Source: an uncultured Elusimicrobia bacterium (GTDB lineage: Bacteria; Elusimicrobiota; Elusimicrobia; 2-01-FULL-59-12). From it: 64,000 nt of DNA. A program made the position numbers and the translations under genes. The DNA is taken from the NCBI GenBank assembly GCA_963702895.1, contig OY969767.1:288001-352000 (forward strand), written 5' to 3'. Shown piece by piece: positions 45,233-54,321 of this stretch (position 1 is the first letter of the stretch; each line of letters opens with the position of its first letter). The notes beneath the pieces are model-generated. The model saw only the letters and a list, made by a program, of their open reading frames with translations. It ran no database searches and had not been told where the DNA came from.

Positions 45233-46357
45233 TTAGAAGGGACGTCTTCCGCTTAAGAGGTTCAGAATATCGTCGGGGTTCTGGCTGTCCTGCGGATAAG
45301 ACACCAAATGCACTTTGAGGACGAGAGGAATTTGAGTCAAGTTGGCGAGGCTCGCGTCCTGGACTTTTTGCTCCAGGCGCAAGAGGACGCTTTTGGCCTC
45401 CGGCAGCGAAGTTGAAAAGACCGCAATCCAGAGCGCTCCCCCGCGCTGAATCACGAAATCAGAATCGTCTCGGAGCGAGGCTTTCAGTTGGGCCTCAAAA
45501 TAATTCAAGAGAGTATTCGACGCATCTCTTCCTAAGGCCGCGCGCAGGTCCCGCCAGTTTTGGATGCGGATCTCTGCGATGGAAAGCGCTTTGGCCGTTT
45601 CATCGGCCTTCTTCATCAGGCGCAACGCTTCCCGGCGAAAAATCTCCTCCGGGCTCATGCGCGGCAGCGTGATCAAAAAACAGGCGCCCCCCTGAGGCAT
45701 ATTTTCAACGCGGATCGATCCCCCGTGAAGCAAGATCAGTCGCCTGCAGAGGGCGAGCCCGAGCCCTGCGCCATCGTCCTCAGGGCGGCTGGGCGTTTGA
45801 AAACGTTTAAATTGCCCAAACACTTCCGGGAGGTCCTTTTTCTGAAACCCTGGCCCGGTGTCCGCCACCCAGAGTGTCACCACATCGCTTTCTTCGCGGG
45901 CGCCCAAGGTGATCTGGCCGGTGGGGGTGAATTTCACAGCGTTATGAACGAGGTTGGTGAGGACTTGGACAATTTTATCGCGATCCACAAATCCTTCCAT
46001 CCGGGTGTGAGGCATGTCCAGCTCAATGGAAAGTCCCCGTTCAGCGGCCAACGGTTCAAAGGATTTTGCGATGTCCTTCAAGAGCATCGTCCATTCAACG
46101 CGCTGGGCGTGAAGGTCCAGACGTCCCGCTTCCGACTTGTTGACCTCGAGCAGCTGGTTCACAATTCGGATCATGCGCTCGATGTTGTTTAAGGTCGCCT
46201 TGAGCAGCTCCTTTTGCTCCGCTGCGACTTCGCCCAACATGCCCTCGGCGATCAACTTGACGGAGGCTTTGATCACGGTCAAAGGGGCCCGGAGCTCATG
46301 CGACACCGTCAAGAGAAGTTCTGTTCCCGCTGCCTCGGATGAAAGCGTATCGCTCAT
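45233..46357 (-). CDS. Sensor-less histidine kinase with degenerate GGDEF-like C-terminal domain
   Basis: SHELRAPL near N-terminus, NAVKFT, GAGLGL. C-terminal LSIAEIRIQNW..LRDDSDFVIQRGGAL..SYPQD. Confidence 0.85.
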   Translation of the reverse strand: MSDTLSSEAAGTELLLTVSHELRAPLTVIKASVKLIAEGMLGEVAAEQKELLKATLNNIERMIRIVNQLLEVNKSEAGRLDLHAQRVEWTMLLKDIAKSFEPLAAERGLSIELDMPHTRMEGFVDRDKIVQVLTNLVHNAVKFTPTGQITLGAREESDVVTLWVADTGPGFQKKDLPEVFGQFKRFQTPSRPEDDGAGLGLALCRRLILLHGGSIRVENMPQGGACFLITLPRMSPEEIFRREALRLMKKADETAKALSIAEIRIQNWRDLRAALGRDASNTLLNYFEAQLKASLRDDSDFVIQRGGALWIAVFSTSLPEAKSVLLRLEQKVQDASLANLTQIPLVLKVHLVSYPQDSQNPDDILNLLSGRRPF

Positions 46358-46367
46358 TTCACTCTCC

Positions 46368-46422
46368 AGCATAGGACACCTATGTAACGTGCGGGTAAAT
46401 ACTCTGTTACGGGGATGTAACT
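46368..46422 (-). promoter_or_regulatory. OmpR/PhoB-type four-repeat operator plus -10
   Basis: AGTTAC-N5-CGTAAC-N5-ATTTAC-N5-CGTTAC, 10 nt, TATGCT. Confidence 0.65.
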
Positions 46423-46527
46423 TGTTGAATGCCGTCCATGGCCAACGGCGACTTCTCGGAAGAGGGATTCCCTTGGGCGAGGAAGACCCGAGCAAACAGG
46501 ACGTTCCCCGGTTATACTTGAGTCCTG

Positions 46528-47241
46528 ATGATTTCCATCATTGTTCCTGCTCATAACGAGGCTTTTGAGATTGGGCATACGCTGACTTCGATTCTGGACG
46601 CGGCCAAGGCGCTGGGGCGGCCCTTCGAGGTGATTGTGGTCAATGACGCTTCCACGGACGCGACGGCTCAGGTGGCGCAAGAGGCGGGCGTCCGCGTGCT
46701 TGAGGTGGGCATAAGGAAAATCTCCGCGGTCCGCAATGCGGGCGCCCGGGCGGCCCAAGGGGAAATTCTGTTCTTTGTGGACGCCGATACACGGATTTCC
46801 GAAGGGGTCCTGCGCGGCGCGCTGCTGGCCCTGGAGCGCGGGGCTGTGGGTGGAGGCGCCTGGGTGAATTTCTCCGAGCCCATGGGCTGGGTCATTTGTC
46901 TTGGGATCCGTCTCTTTACGCTGGTCTACATGCGTCTCTTGGGTTGGGCGGCCGGCTGTTTTGTCTTTTCCCGGAAAGACGCTTTTTGGAGGGTGGGTGG
47001 TTTTGACGAGACACTCTACGCTTCCGAAGAAATCGCGCTTTCCCGCGCGCTCAAGAAACAGGGGCGCTTCGTTCTCGTTCATGCGCCCGTCATGACCTCT
47101 GGGCGCAAGATGCGCATGTACTCGCCCTTGATGATCTTTCCGCTCATCTGGAACTTGTTGCGCTACGGTCCTGCTTTCTTGCGGCAGCGCCGGGGCCTCC
47201 AATGGTGGTATGAAGGCAAGCGGGAAAAAACCCGTTCATAA
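46528..47241 (+). CDS. Glycosyltransferase family 2
   Basis: ISIIVPAHNE, VVNDASTD, RNAGA, FVDAD, GGFDE, TSGRK. Confidence 0.92.
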   Translation: MISIIVPAHNEAFEIGHTLTSILDAAKALGRPFEVIVVNDASTDATAQVAQEAGVRVLEVGIRKISAVRNAGARAAQGEILFFVDADTRISEGVLRGALLALERGAVGGGAWVNFSEPMGWVICLGIRLFTLVYMRLLGWAAGCFVFSRKDAFWRVGGFDETLYASEEIALSRALKKQGRFVLVHAPVMTSGRKMRMYSPLMIFPLIWNLLRYGPAFLRQRRGLQWWYEGKREKTRS

Positions 47242-47278
47242 ATGGATTTTGGAAAGAGGGCGGATCAAAACCGACCTG

Positions 47279-47521
47279 CTATTCGACGTCGAACGACACG
47301 ACTTCGACGCGGGAGGCGGGGAAAAAGGTGAGCGTAAGCGGCGCCCCTTCGAGCATCGTTCCTTTGGCCAGGAGCTTGAAGGTTTCCCGGAAGGATTCTT
47401 CGGAGACGCCTAGGTAAAAGCCGATTTTGAGCTGCAGCCGCGTCACGCGCCGGGCGCCTTCCTTCTTCGCGTGCGCCTCGATGCCGCGGATCACCGGCTC
47501 GATCAGGTGCGTTTCATGCAC
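47279..47521 (-). CDS. hypA: Minimal HypA-like nickel metallochaperone lacking the Zn finger
   Basis: MHE N-terminus, RVTRLQLKIG..V..ESF..F..GT.LEGA.L. No cysteines. Confidence 0.8.
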   Translation of the reverse strand: MHETHLIEPVIRGIEAHAKKEGARRVTRLQLKIGFYLGVSEESFRETFKLLAKGTMLEGAPLTLTFFPASRVEVVSFDVE

Positions 47522-48014
47522 GGCAGGCCTCCTCGAGCGCCGCGGTGAGTTCTTCGAGCCGGCGCTGGAGGGGTTCAGAGAGCGGAGCGCCTAAGGTAAG
47601 ATCGTGGGGCTGGATTCCCAGCATATACATCTTCGCCGAGGTGCGCTCCCGCAGGTGCTCGGTGAAGACGCGGGGCGAAAGATCATGCGTCGAAAGCCCG
47701 CCCGCGGCGATCTCGTCGGCACCCATGAGTGCACAATCCCCAGCCTTCCCGCCCAGGTGCATCGCGTCGACGAGGACGAGGGTGTCGGGCTTTTCCCGCG
47801 CGATCCGGCCGATGAAGTTTTCCGGCGTGGTCCCGGCGTCCACGCAAACGGCGGAAATCCGGCCGTTCAATCGCTCCACCAGGAGCGAGCCAAAGCCGTC
47901 ATCCCCCCGCAGGCGGTTTCCCAGGCCGACGAGCACGCATGTCCCGGAAGCGAGCAGCGTCCGGAGAGCTTCGAGAGGAAGGCCGTTCCCTGTCTGAGGG
48001 GGTCCAGGGTCCAT
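47514..48014 (-). CDS. hycI: Hydrogenase maturation endopeptidase (HycI-like)
   Basis: GLGNRLRGDDGFG, AGTTPEN, VDA, STH, GIQP. Confidence 0.9.
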   Translation of the reverse strand: MDPGPPQTGNGLPLEALRTLLASGTCVLVGLGNRLRGDDGFGSLLVERLNGRISAVCVDAGTTPENFIGRIAREKPDTLVLVDAMHLGGKAGDCALMGADEIAAGGLSTHDLSPRVFTEHLRERTSAKMYMLGIQPHDLTLGAPLSEPLQRRLEELTAALEEACRA

Positions 48015-48025
48015 GGTTGGCCGCG

Positions 48026-48631
48026 TCAGGACTGCGTGGTGGCGTAGCGGCAGGGCGCGCAGAGGATCTTCATGCGATCGGCGCGGTTCTGGTCGTTGGA
48101 GGCGGAGACTAAATTTGAATCGATGAGTCCCAGCCTCTGCAGGCTGCTTTGGTAGAGCGTGGGACTGGAGAAGGCGAGCTCGCCCTCCTTTTCGGCGATC
48201 CATTGGAGATGGTCCTTGCAGGCGAAGGCTTCCCCGCACCGCTCGCAGTGCTGCAGCTCTTTCTCGATGGTTTCAAACGATTCCGTGCGGCGGTCGAAGA
48301 ACGAAAGCTCCCAGTCGGTCGTGGTGTGGATGCCCTGGTGGTCGGTAATGCAGGCCGCAACGCACTGGCCGCAGAAGATGCAGGTGTCGGTGTAGTGGAT
48401 CATCCGGCGCACGGAACGGTCCTCCCCCAGCCGGTCCTCGTGGGCGATCGCGCCCACCGGGCAGACCTCCTCGCAGGCGAGGCACCCGACGCACTTGGTT
48501 TCGTCAAAACGCGGCTGGCCCCGGGAGTTTGGGTGCGGCTGGAAGGGCTCCTCTGGAAACGGCGACGTGTAGGGGCCCTTCACGAGCGCCCTCACCGCCT
48601 CCTTCAATTCTCTGAGCTTGGGCCACTTCAT
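48026..48631 (-). CDS. Hydrogenase 4Fe-4S subunit (NuoI/HycF-like)
   Basis: GPYT..FP, RG.P, CVGCLACEEVCP, CIFCGQCVAAC. Confidence 0.88.
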   Translation of the reverse strand: MKWPKLRELKEAVRALVKGPYTSPFPEEPFQPHPNSRGQPRFDETKCVGCLACEEVCPVGAIAHEDRLGEDRSVRRMIHYTDTCIFCGQCVAACITDHQGIHTTTDWELSFFDRRTESFETIEKELQHCERCGEAFACKDHLQWIAEKEGELAFSSPTLYQSSLQRLGLIDSNLVSASNDQNRADRMKILCAPCRYATTQS

Positions 48632-48957
48632 TTTCGCGGATGATCCTCCTCGTAGTCGTCTTTGACCGTGCCCTTCCAGAGCGGGATCCCCGCCCGATGC
48701 GCGCTGCGGGCGATCGCGTGGGCCGCGACCGGGTTGGTGAGGACGATAAAGAGCATGCAGAGCAGCGCCTTCAAGCCGCCCGCCGGCCCCACCACGAGAA
48801 ACGTCCCGAAAAGGATGCTGCAGGTGCCCAGCGTCACGCACTTGGTCGCCGTCTGGAGGCGCAGGTAGAGGTCCGGCATGCGGATGAGGCCAATGCAGCC
48901 GAACAGGTCGAACGCCAGGCCCACGCCGACCAGGATAAATCCTAAGGTCTCACTCAT
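48628..48957 (-). CDS. Mrp/Mnh antiporter subunit G-like
   Basis: GLIRMPDLYLRLQTATKCVTLG, NPVAAHAIAR. Confidence 0.9.
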   Translation of the reverse strand: MSETLGFILVGVGLAFDLFGCIGLIRMPDLYLRLQTATKCVTLGTCSILFGTFLVVGPAGGLKALLCMLFIVLTNPVAAHAIARSAHRAGIPLWKGTVKDDYEEDHPRK

Positions 48958-49321
48958 CGAAGTCCTTTCCTTCCAGGTACTTGCACAGGACCAGCACCGT
49001 GATGAAGCTCTGCAGGGCCCAGGCGATCCCCACGTCAATGTACCAGGTGCGTCCGGTGGAGATGGTCAGGATCGCGCAAAGCCCCGTGATCATCACGCCC
49101 AGAAGATCGACGGCCACCAGGCGGTCCGCCCCCGTCGGGCCCCGCAGAATCCGGAAGAGGCACAGGAAGCAGGCCAGGAGGAGAATGTAGAGCGCTCGCC
49201 CAACGAAGGGAAGGTGCGGCAGCTCTTGGTAGAACAGGAACGGGAACGGCCGGAGAAGAATCAGGGCAATAATGCTCCCCAGCACGAGAGCCCCCAACAG
49301 CCAGCGCCAGAACCTCATCAT
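48950..49321 (-). CDS. Mrp/Mnh antiporter subunit F-like
   Basis: RILRGPTGADRLVAVD, YIDV, KYLEG. Confidence 0.88.
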   Translation of the reverse strand: MMRFWRWLLGALVLGSIIALILLRPFPFLFYQELPHLPFVGRALYILLLACFLCLFRILRGPTGADRLVAVDLLGVMITGLCAILTISTGRTWYIDVGIAWALQSFITVLVLCKYLEGKDFDE

Positions 49322-49821
49322 TCGAAGATCCTCTTGAGCATCCGCTCGAAACGGTGCACCACCCGCTGGATCGCCTGCCCGCCGTCCGCCTCGGAGATGT
49401 ACATGCAATGGACATAAATCAGGCCGCGGTCGGGATCGATATCCATGGTCGTGGTCCCCGGCATGAGGGACACGGAGTTGGCGAGGATCGTCAACCCCAT
49501 GTCCGACTTGAGCTCCGACTTCATTCGCAAGATCGCCGGACGGATCGGCAGTTTCGGATGCAGGACCCGGTAAGCGACATCGAGATTGGCCTTGAAATGC
49601 TCCCACCAGAAATAGGGGAAATAGACGAAGCAGAACATCATGAGCCGCGAGGGCTGCGTGAGGATCCGCGTGGGCTCGCCCACCGGGAGGAATTCCGTCA
49701 TCACCGCCACGAGGAGCGCGACCGAGACGCCCAGGATCAGGGCCTGCACGTTCGGGACCCAGTTCATCAGGATCCAGATGATGTAGCAGCTGATGAAGAG
49801 GATGACGCGACGGCTCGACAT
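49318..49821 (-). CDS. Mrp/Mnh antiporter subunit E-like
   Basis: ANLDVAYRVLHP.LPIRP, LANSVSLMPGT, IYVH. Confidence 0.9.
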   Translation of the reverse strand: MSSRRVILFISCYIIWILMNWVPNVQALILGVSVALLVAVMTEFLPVGEPTRILTQPSRLMMFCFVYFPYFWWEHFKANLDVAYRVLHPKLPIRPAILRMKSELKSDMGLTILANSVSLMPGTTTMDIDPDRGLIYVHCMYISEADGGQAIQRVVHRFERMLKRIFE

Positions 49822-49824
49822 GGG

Positions 49825-51321
49825 TTAGAGACCTCCCAGCATGGCGGCATAGGCCGTTCCATGCAGCAGGACGGCGCTCGCCTGCTCGAGAAACGCTTCC
49901 TTGAGGCCCGGCATCAGGAACAGGCCTCCCACGGCGCAGAGTGTGGCCAGGATCAGCGTCGCGCAGCGCATCGCCAGCGGAACCTCCTGGACGGAGCGCA
50001 GACTTTCCGGCAGCGCGCCGAAATAAACGCATTTCATCGCCCGCGCGAGGTAAGCAAGCGTCACCACGCCCGCCGCGACGGCCACCGCGGCATAACCGAA
50101 GTGGCCCGCCTCAACGGCGGCGATGATGACCAAGAGCTTGCTCCAGAACCCGAGGAAGGGGGGAATCCCGGCGATGGACATCGCCCCAATGAGGCCGGTG
50201 GCCGCGGTGACCGGCATCGGCTGTGCAAGGCCGCCCAGCTTGCGCAGGTCCCGCGTTCCCGTGGCGTAATCGACGGCGCCAGCGTTCAGGAAGAGCAGCG
50301 CCTTTCCCAGCGAATGGTTCAGGAGGTGCAGGACGCCGCCCAGAACGCCGAGCGGCGTCCCCAGCGCGATGCCGAAAACGATGTAGCCGATCTGGCTGAG
50401 CGACGAAAAGGCCAGAAGCCGCTTGTAGTCCCACTGGCCGATCGCGGAGAACGCGCCCACCACCATCGACAGGGCCCCCAGGAACAAGAGCGCCGATCGC
50501 ACCCCCGGAGAAACGCCCAGGACGCAGTAGAGCACCCGGAAGAGCGCGTAGATCCCGAGGACTTTCAGGATCAGGCCGGAGAGCATCGCCGAAATAGGCG
50601 CGGGGGCGGAAGGGTGCGCGTCCGGCAACCAGGCGTGAAAGGGCGCCACCGCCGCTTTTAGCCCGAACCCCGCGATGAACAGGACGGTGACGAGCGTCAC
50701 GACAGGCCCGCCGCCTTTGACTGCCAGGACCGCCGCGACGTCCGCCATGTTGAGCGTGGACACGTGGGCGTAGAGGAAGGCGATGCCCAGGAGAATGAAC
50801 ATTGCTCCGAGGGTGTTCGTCACGCCGTATTTGAACGCCGCCTCGATCTCCTGCCGCTCTGTGCCAAAAGCCACGAGCGCGCAGGCGGCCAGGGACGCGG
50901 CTTCCAGGAAGACGAAGATGTTGAAGATGTCGCCCGTGACCAGGACCCCGTTGATCCCGGCAAGAATCACCAGAAACAGGCTGTAAAACCGCCAGGGCGA
51001 GGTGAAGCGCCGCATATAGGCCGTCGCGTACAGGGCGACCACGGCCGAGACCAGATGGACGATCACCAGCATAAAGGCGGTGAGGCCGTCTTCAATCAGG
51101 AGGATCCCCGCGGGCGGTTTCCAGCCGCCGGGAATGTGATAAAGGATGCCCTGGACCCGGGTCGCCTGGAGGGAAAAGAGCGACAGCGCGAGAAGCCCGG
51201 CCGGCATAAGAACCCCGAGGACTTCCGGGAAATTCCGGACGCGCCGCCCCATCATCGCGATGAGGAAGGCGCCGGTGAGCGGCACGGCCACAAAGAGCGG
51301 GATGAGGTTCGAATCCATCAT
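49825..51321 (-). CDS. Mrp/Mnh subunit D-like proton-translocating subunit
   Basis: GDIFNIFVFLE, KAAVAPFHAWLPDAHPSAP, KRLLAFSS, GIPPFLGFWSK. Confidence 0.92.
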   Translation of the reverse strand: MMDSNLIPLFVAVPLTGAFLIAMMGRRVRNFPEVLGVLMPAGLLALSLFSLQATRVQGILYHIPGGWKPPAGILLIEDGLTAFMLVIVHLVSAVVALYATAYMRRFTSPWRFYSLFLVILAGINGVLVTGDIFNIFVFLEAASLAACALVAFGTERQEIEAAFKYGVTNTLGAMFILLGIAFLYAHVSTLNMADVAAVLAVKGGGPVVTLVTVLFIAGFGLKAAVAPFHAWLPDAHPSAPAPISAMLSGLILKVLGIYALFRVLYCVLGVSPGVRSALLFLGALSMVVGAFSAIGQWDYKRLLAFSSLSQIGYIVFGIALGTPLGVLGGVLHLLNHSLGKALLFLNAGAVDYATGTRDLRKLGGLAQPMPVTAATGLIGAMSIAGIPPFLGFWSKLLVIIAAVEAGHFGYAAVAVAAGVVTLAYLARAMKCVYFGALPESLRSVQEVPLAMRCATLILATLCAVGGLFLMPGLKEAFLEQASAVLLHGTAYAAMLGGL

Positions 51322-51665
51322 CCGCGCAAGTCCTTGATCTGCGTGATATCGAAGGTGCCGTACTTCTCGTAGAGGCGGATGGCCAGCGCCACAAGCAGGA
51401 GCGTCGTCGCCATGCCGATCACGATCGTGGTCAGCACCATCGCCTGCGGCAGCGGGTCGACGAGCGGCACCGGCGACGGCGAGGCCTGGATGGCGCGGTC
51501 CAGAACGGGCGCCCGGCCGTTCATCCGGTAGCCCACCACGATGAACAGGAGGTTCGCGGCGTATTCGCAGATGATGAGGCCCGTGATGATCTTAATGACG
51601 TTGCGCTTGCGCAGCGTGCCGTAGAGGCCAAGGCAGAAAAGGACCAGGCAGAGCAGGTAAATCAC
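51318..51665 (-). CDS. Mrp/Mnh subunit C-like
   Basis: NVIKIITGL, VDPLPQAMVLTTIVIG, YGT.DI. Confidence 0.92.
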   Translation of the reverse strand: MIYLLCLVLFCLGLYGTLRKRNVIKIITGLIICEYAANLLFIVVGYRMNGRAPVLDRAIQASPSPVPLVDPLPQAMVLTTIVIGMATTLLLVALAIRLYEKYGTFDITQIKDLRG

Positions 51666-52120
51666 TTCGATCCTCCCTTGGGGTTCGGCTTGAACAGGAC
51701 CAGCGCCATCACGATCCCGAAGAGGCTCCCCGTGACCAAGAGGTCGATGGCCAGGTTGCAGAACGGCACGATTCCCCCGCTCCAGAACTCGTAGGGCTGC
51801 CCTTTGCCCAGGAAATTGAAAAAGAAATAGCCTTTCTCCATCAGCCCGCCGACCGCGATGCCCACCAGCAACAGGCCTCCGAACGAAGCCATGATCCGGC
51901 AGGCGCCCTGCGTCAGGATCGCGTAGACCACATCCTTCCCGAAGGCCACGAGTAGCAGGACCATGGCCAGCGCCATGATCACGCCGGCGGCGAAGCCGTC
52001 CCCATGCGTGATCTGCCCATGGAAGACGATATAAAACGCGTACAGGAGCATCAGGCGCGAAACCGGCCGGGCGACGGTGCTCACGATGCGCGAGAGGCTG
52101 GAAGTCGGTCGCGGGCTCAT
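51662..52120 (-). CDS. Mrp/Mnh subunit B-like
   Basis: HGQITHGDGFAAG (variant of HG..PGGGFQGG), SGG.VP..N.AI. Confidence 0.85.
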   Translation of the reverse strand: MSPRPTSSLSRIVSTVARPVSRLMLLYAFYIVFHGQITHGDGFAAGVIMALAMVLLLVAFGKDVVYAILTQGACRIMASFGGLLLVGIAVGGLMEKGYFFFNFLGKGQPYEFWSGGIVPFCNLAIDLLVTGSLFGIVMALVLFKPNPKGGSK

Positions 52121-52665
52121 TCGTCCGCCTCCGGAGCCTGCTCGCCGGGCCGCGCTTTCCCTTCGCGCCGCAGGATGGCCAGGGCCCCCAGGAACGCCGC
52201 GAAGAGCGCCGTGGCCTCGCCCATGCGGTCGTAGGCGCGGTAGTTCAGGGATACCGCCGCGACGAGATTGGTCGCGCCGGTCTGCGCGAGCCCCTCCTGC
52301 AGATACGTCGAAGCGACGCGCAGCGCCGGGTAGCCGAAGGCCGGCAGTTCCGCGATCGCCTTCCAGGCCGCGCCCAGGAACGCGATCACGAAAAACACCG
52401 CGATGCCGGTGTTCAAGACCCACCGTCCTGAGGTGGAAAAGGGAAGGTCTTTCCGGATGGTCGCCCGGATGAGGATGATCAGGCACAGGATTTCGATGAT
52501 CAACTGCGTGATGGCGACATCCGGCGCCTTCAGGATGAGAAAGGCCACCGAGAGCCCGAGGCCCACGGCGCTCACCGAGACCGCGCTGGAGAGCAAATCC
52601 TCCATCTCGATCGCCGCGAACGCCGTCACGATCATGAATCCCATCAGAAGATACAGTTCAATCAT
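52117..52665 (-). CDS. MbhD/MbhE-like membrane subunit (MrpA C-terminal related)
   Basis: DLLSSA, APDVAITQ, GATNLVAAV.LNYRAYD..GEA. Confidence 0.85.
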   Translation of the reverse strand: MIELYLLMGFMIVTAFAAIEMEDLLSSAVSVSAVGLGLSVAFLILKAPDVAITQLIIEILCLIILIRATIRKDLPFSTSGRWVLNTGIAVFFVIAFLGAAWKAIAELPAFGYPALRVASTYLQEGLAQTGATNLVAAVSLNYRAYDRMGEATALFAAFLGALAILRREGKARPGEQAPEADE

Positions 52666-52668
52666 CGT

Positions 52669-54321
52669 CTACCTCGCCAACATCGCCAGCAGCACCGCCG
52701 CGCCCAGCAGGCACCAGGCCAAATACGTCGGCAGAATGCCGTTGTGCAGGTACTGAAAAAATTGGTGGACATGCCGCACGGCTCGGCCGCCGGCCTCATA
52801 GGGGTCGAAGCGCCGCTCTTCCGCCCACGCGTAAAGGGATTTCAACGGGCCGAGATCCTGGATCGTCTTGTAGAACTCCGTGCCGGAGACGCGCATCTCC
52901 GGGTGCTCGGCGACGCTCTCGCCTCCCACGAAAGGATCGGTCACGCGCACCCCCGCGCGCCGGCCCAGGAGGTAAATGAGAAAGCCCGCGGCCAGGCCGG
53001 CCAGGAGCAGGCCCGTCGCCAGGCCGGGGTTCCAGAAGCCCGGGTATTGAACGGTCTCGTGAAGGCTGGGATTAATCAACCAACGCAGCGGCACCTGGAA
53101 GGCAAAGACGCCGAAAAGAACACACAGAAGCGCCAAGACCACGCAGGGGACCCACATCCGCGGCGAAGGGTCCAACTTGAACGGGAGACGTCCATGCCAG
53201 GCCGCAGCCGGCTGGCCCAGGAAGACGGCGTGGATGATTTTCATGAAGCTGGCCAGCGTCAAGGCGCTTCCGAACATGGCCGCGGTGAGCCACACGATCC
53301 ACAGCGGACTGCCGCCGCGGCCGGTCTCGATGATGCCCTGATAGATCATCCACTTGGAGGCAAATCCGTTTAAAGGCGGAACGCCCGCGATCGCCATCGC
53401 TGCCACGAGCGAAGTGACGAAGGTGATGGGCATCAGGCGGCTGAGGCCGCCGAGCTCAGAGAGGCTCGAGGTGCCCGTCTTCTGCTCGACGGAACCAGCG
53501 CCGAGGAAAAGGCAGGATTTGTAAAGGGCATTGTTCAGCATGTGGAAGAGCCCGCCCGCCACGCCGACGGGAATCCCAGTGCCGATTCCCATCATCATGT
53601 AGCCAACCTGGCTGACCGCATGGTAGCCGAGGAGCCGTTTGAGGTCATGCTGGACGAGCGCCATCATCACCCCCGCCACGAGGGTGAGGCTTCCGACCCC
53701 CATCAGGACCCCGTTCAAGGCCGGCGAGAGACTGAACATCTGAAGCGAGAGGCGGACCAGGAAATAGATGCCGAGCAGCTTATCTACAGAAGCGGGCAAG
53801 AAAGCTGTGACCGGGATTGGCGCGTCCTCCGCGACATCCGGCACCCAGGAGTGAAACGGCATCGCGCCGGCCTTGGCCAGGGCCCCCGCGGCCAGACACA
53901 GATAGGCCAGCGCCTCGGCCCAGGTGGCGGTCGGCAGATGGATTTGGTCCATAGAGAGGGTCCCCGCGAGCTTCCCCACGAGCCCGATCCCCAGGATCAT
54001 GAGGGCGTCGGTTCCCCCGATGATGATGAGCGCCTTCGCGGCGGTCGCCGGCGTGCGCACGCGGTCGCCGAAACCGACCAGGATATAAAGGAGAAAGGCG
54101 AGGAACCCCCAGAAAACCAAGAGGATCACAAGGTGATTGGCGAAGACGGCGCCGAGACCGGCGGCAAACGTCAGGGAGAGATACACGTTGTAGCCCCGGC
54201 GGCGGGGCGCCTCCATCGGGATGCCGGAAGAGTAAAGGAGGGTGAGCAGCGTGAAAAAGCCGAGGAAGGCGGCGATGAAGAGCGAGAGCGCGTCCACCCG
54301 GAAAAGGGCGCCGGTGTTCAT
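52669..54321 (-). CDS. NuoL/MrpA-like proton-translocating hydrogenase subunit
   Basis: KAGAMPFHSWVPD, KRLLGYHAVSQVGY, GVPPLNGFASKW. Confidence 0.9.
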   Translation of the reverse strand: MNTGALFRVDALSLFIAAFLGFFTLLTLLYSSGIPMEAPRRRGYNVYLSLTFAAGLGAVFANHLVILLVFWGFLAFLLYILVGFGDRVRTPATAAKALIIIGGTDALMILGIGLVGKLAGTLSMDQIHLPTATWAEALAYLCLAAGALAKAGAMPFHSWVPDVAEDAPIPVTAFLPASVDKLLGIYFLVRLSLQMFSLSPALNGVLMGVGSLTLVAGVMMALVQHDLKRLLGYHAVSQVGYMMMGIGTGIPVGVAGGLFHMLNNALYKSCLFLGAGSVEQKTGTSSLSELGGLSRLMPITFVTSLVAAMAIAGVPPLNGFASKWMIYQGIIETGRGGSPLWIVWLTAAMFGSALTLASFMKIIHAVFLGQPAAAWHGRLPFKLDPSPRMWVPCVVLALLCVLFGVFAFQVPLRWLINPSLHETVQYPGFWNPGLATGLLLAGLAAGFLIYLLGRRAGVRVTDPFVGGESVAEHPEMRVSGTEFYKTIQDLGPLKSLYAWAEERRFDPYEAGGRAVRHVHQFFQYLHNGILPTYLAWCLLGAAVLLAMLAR

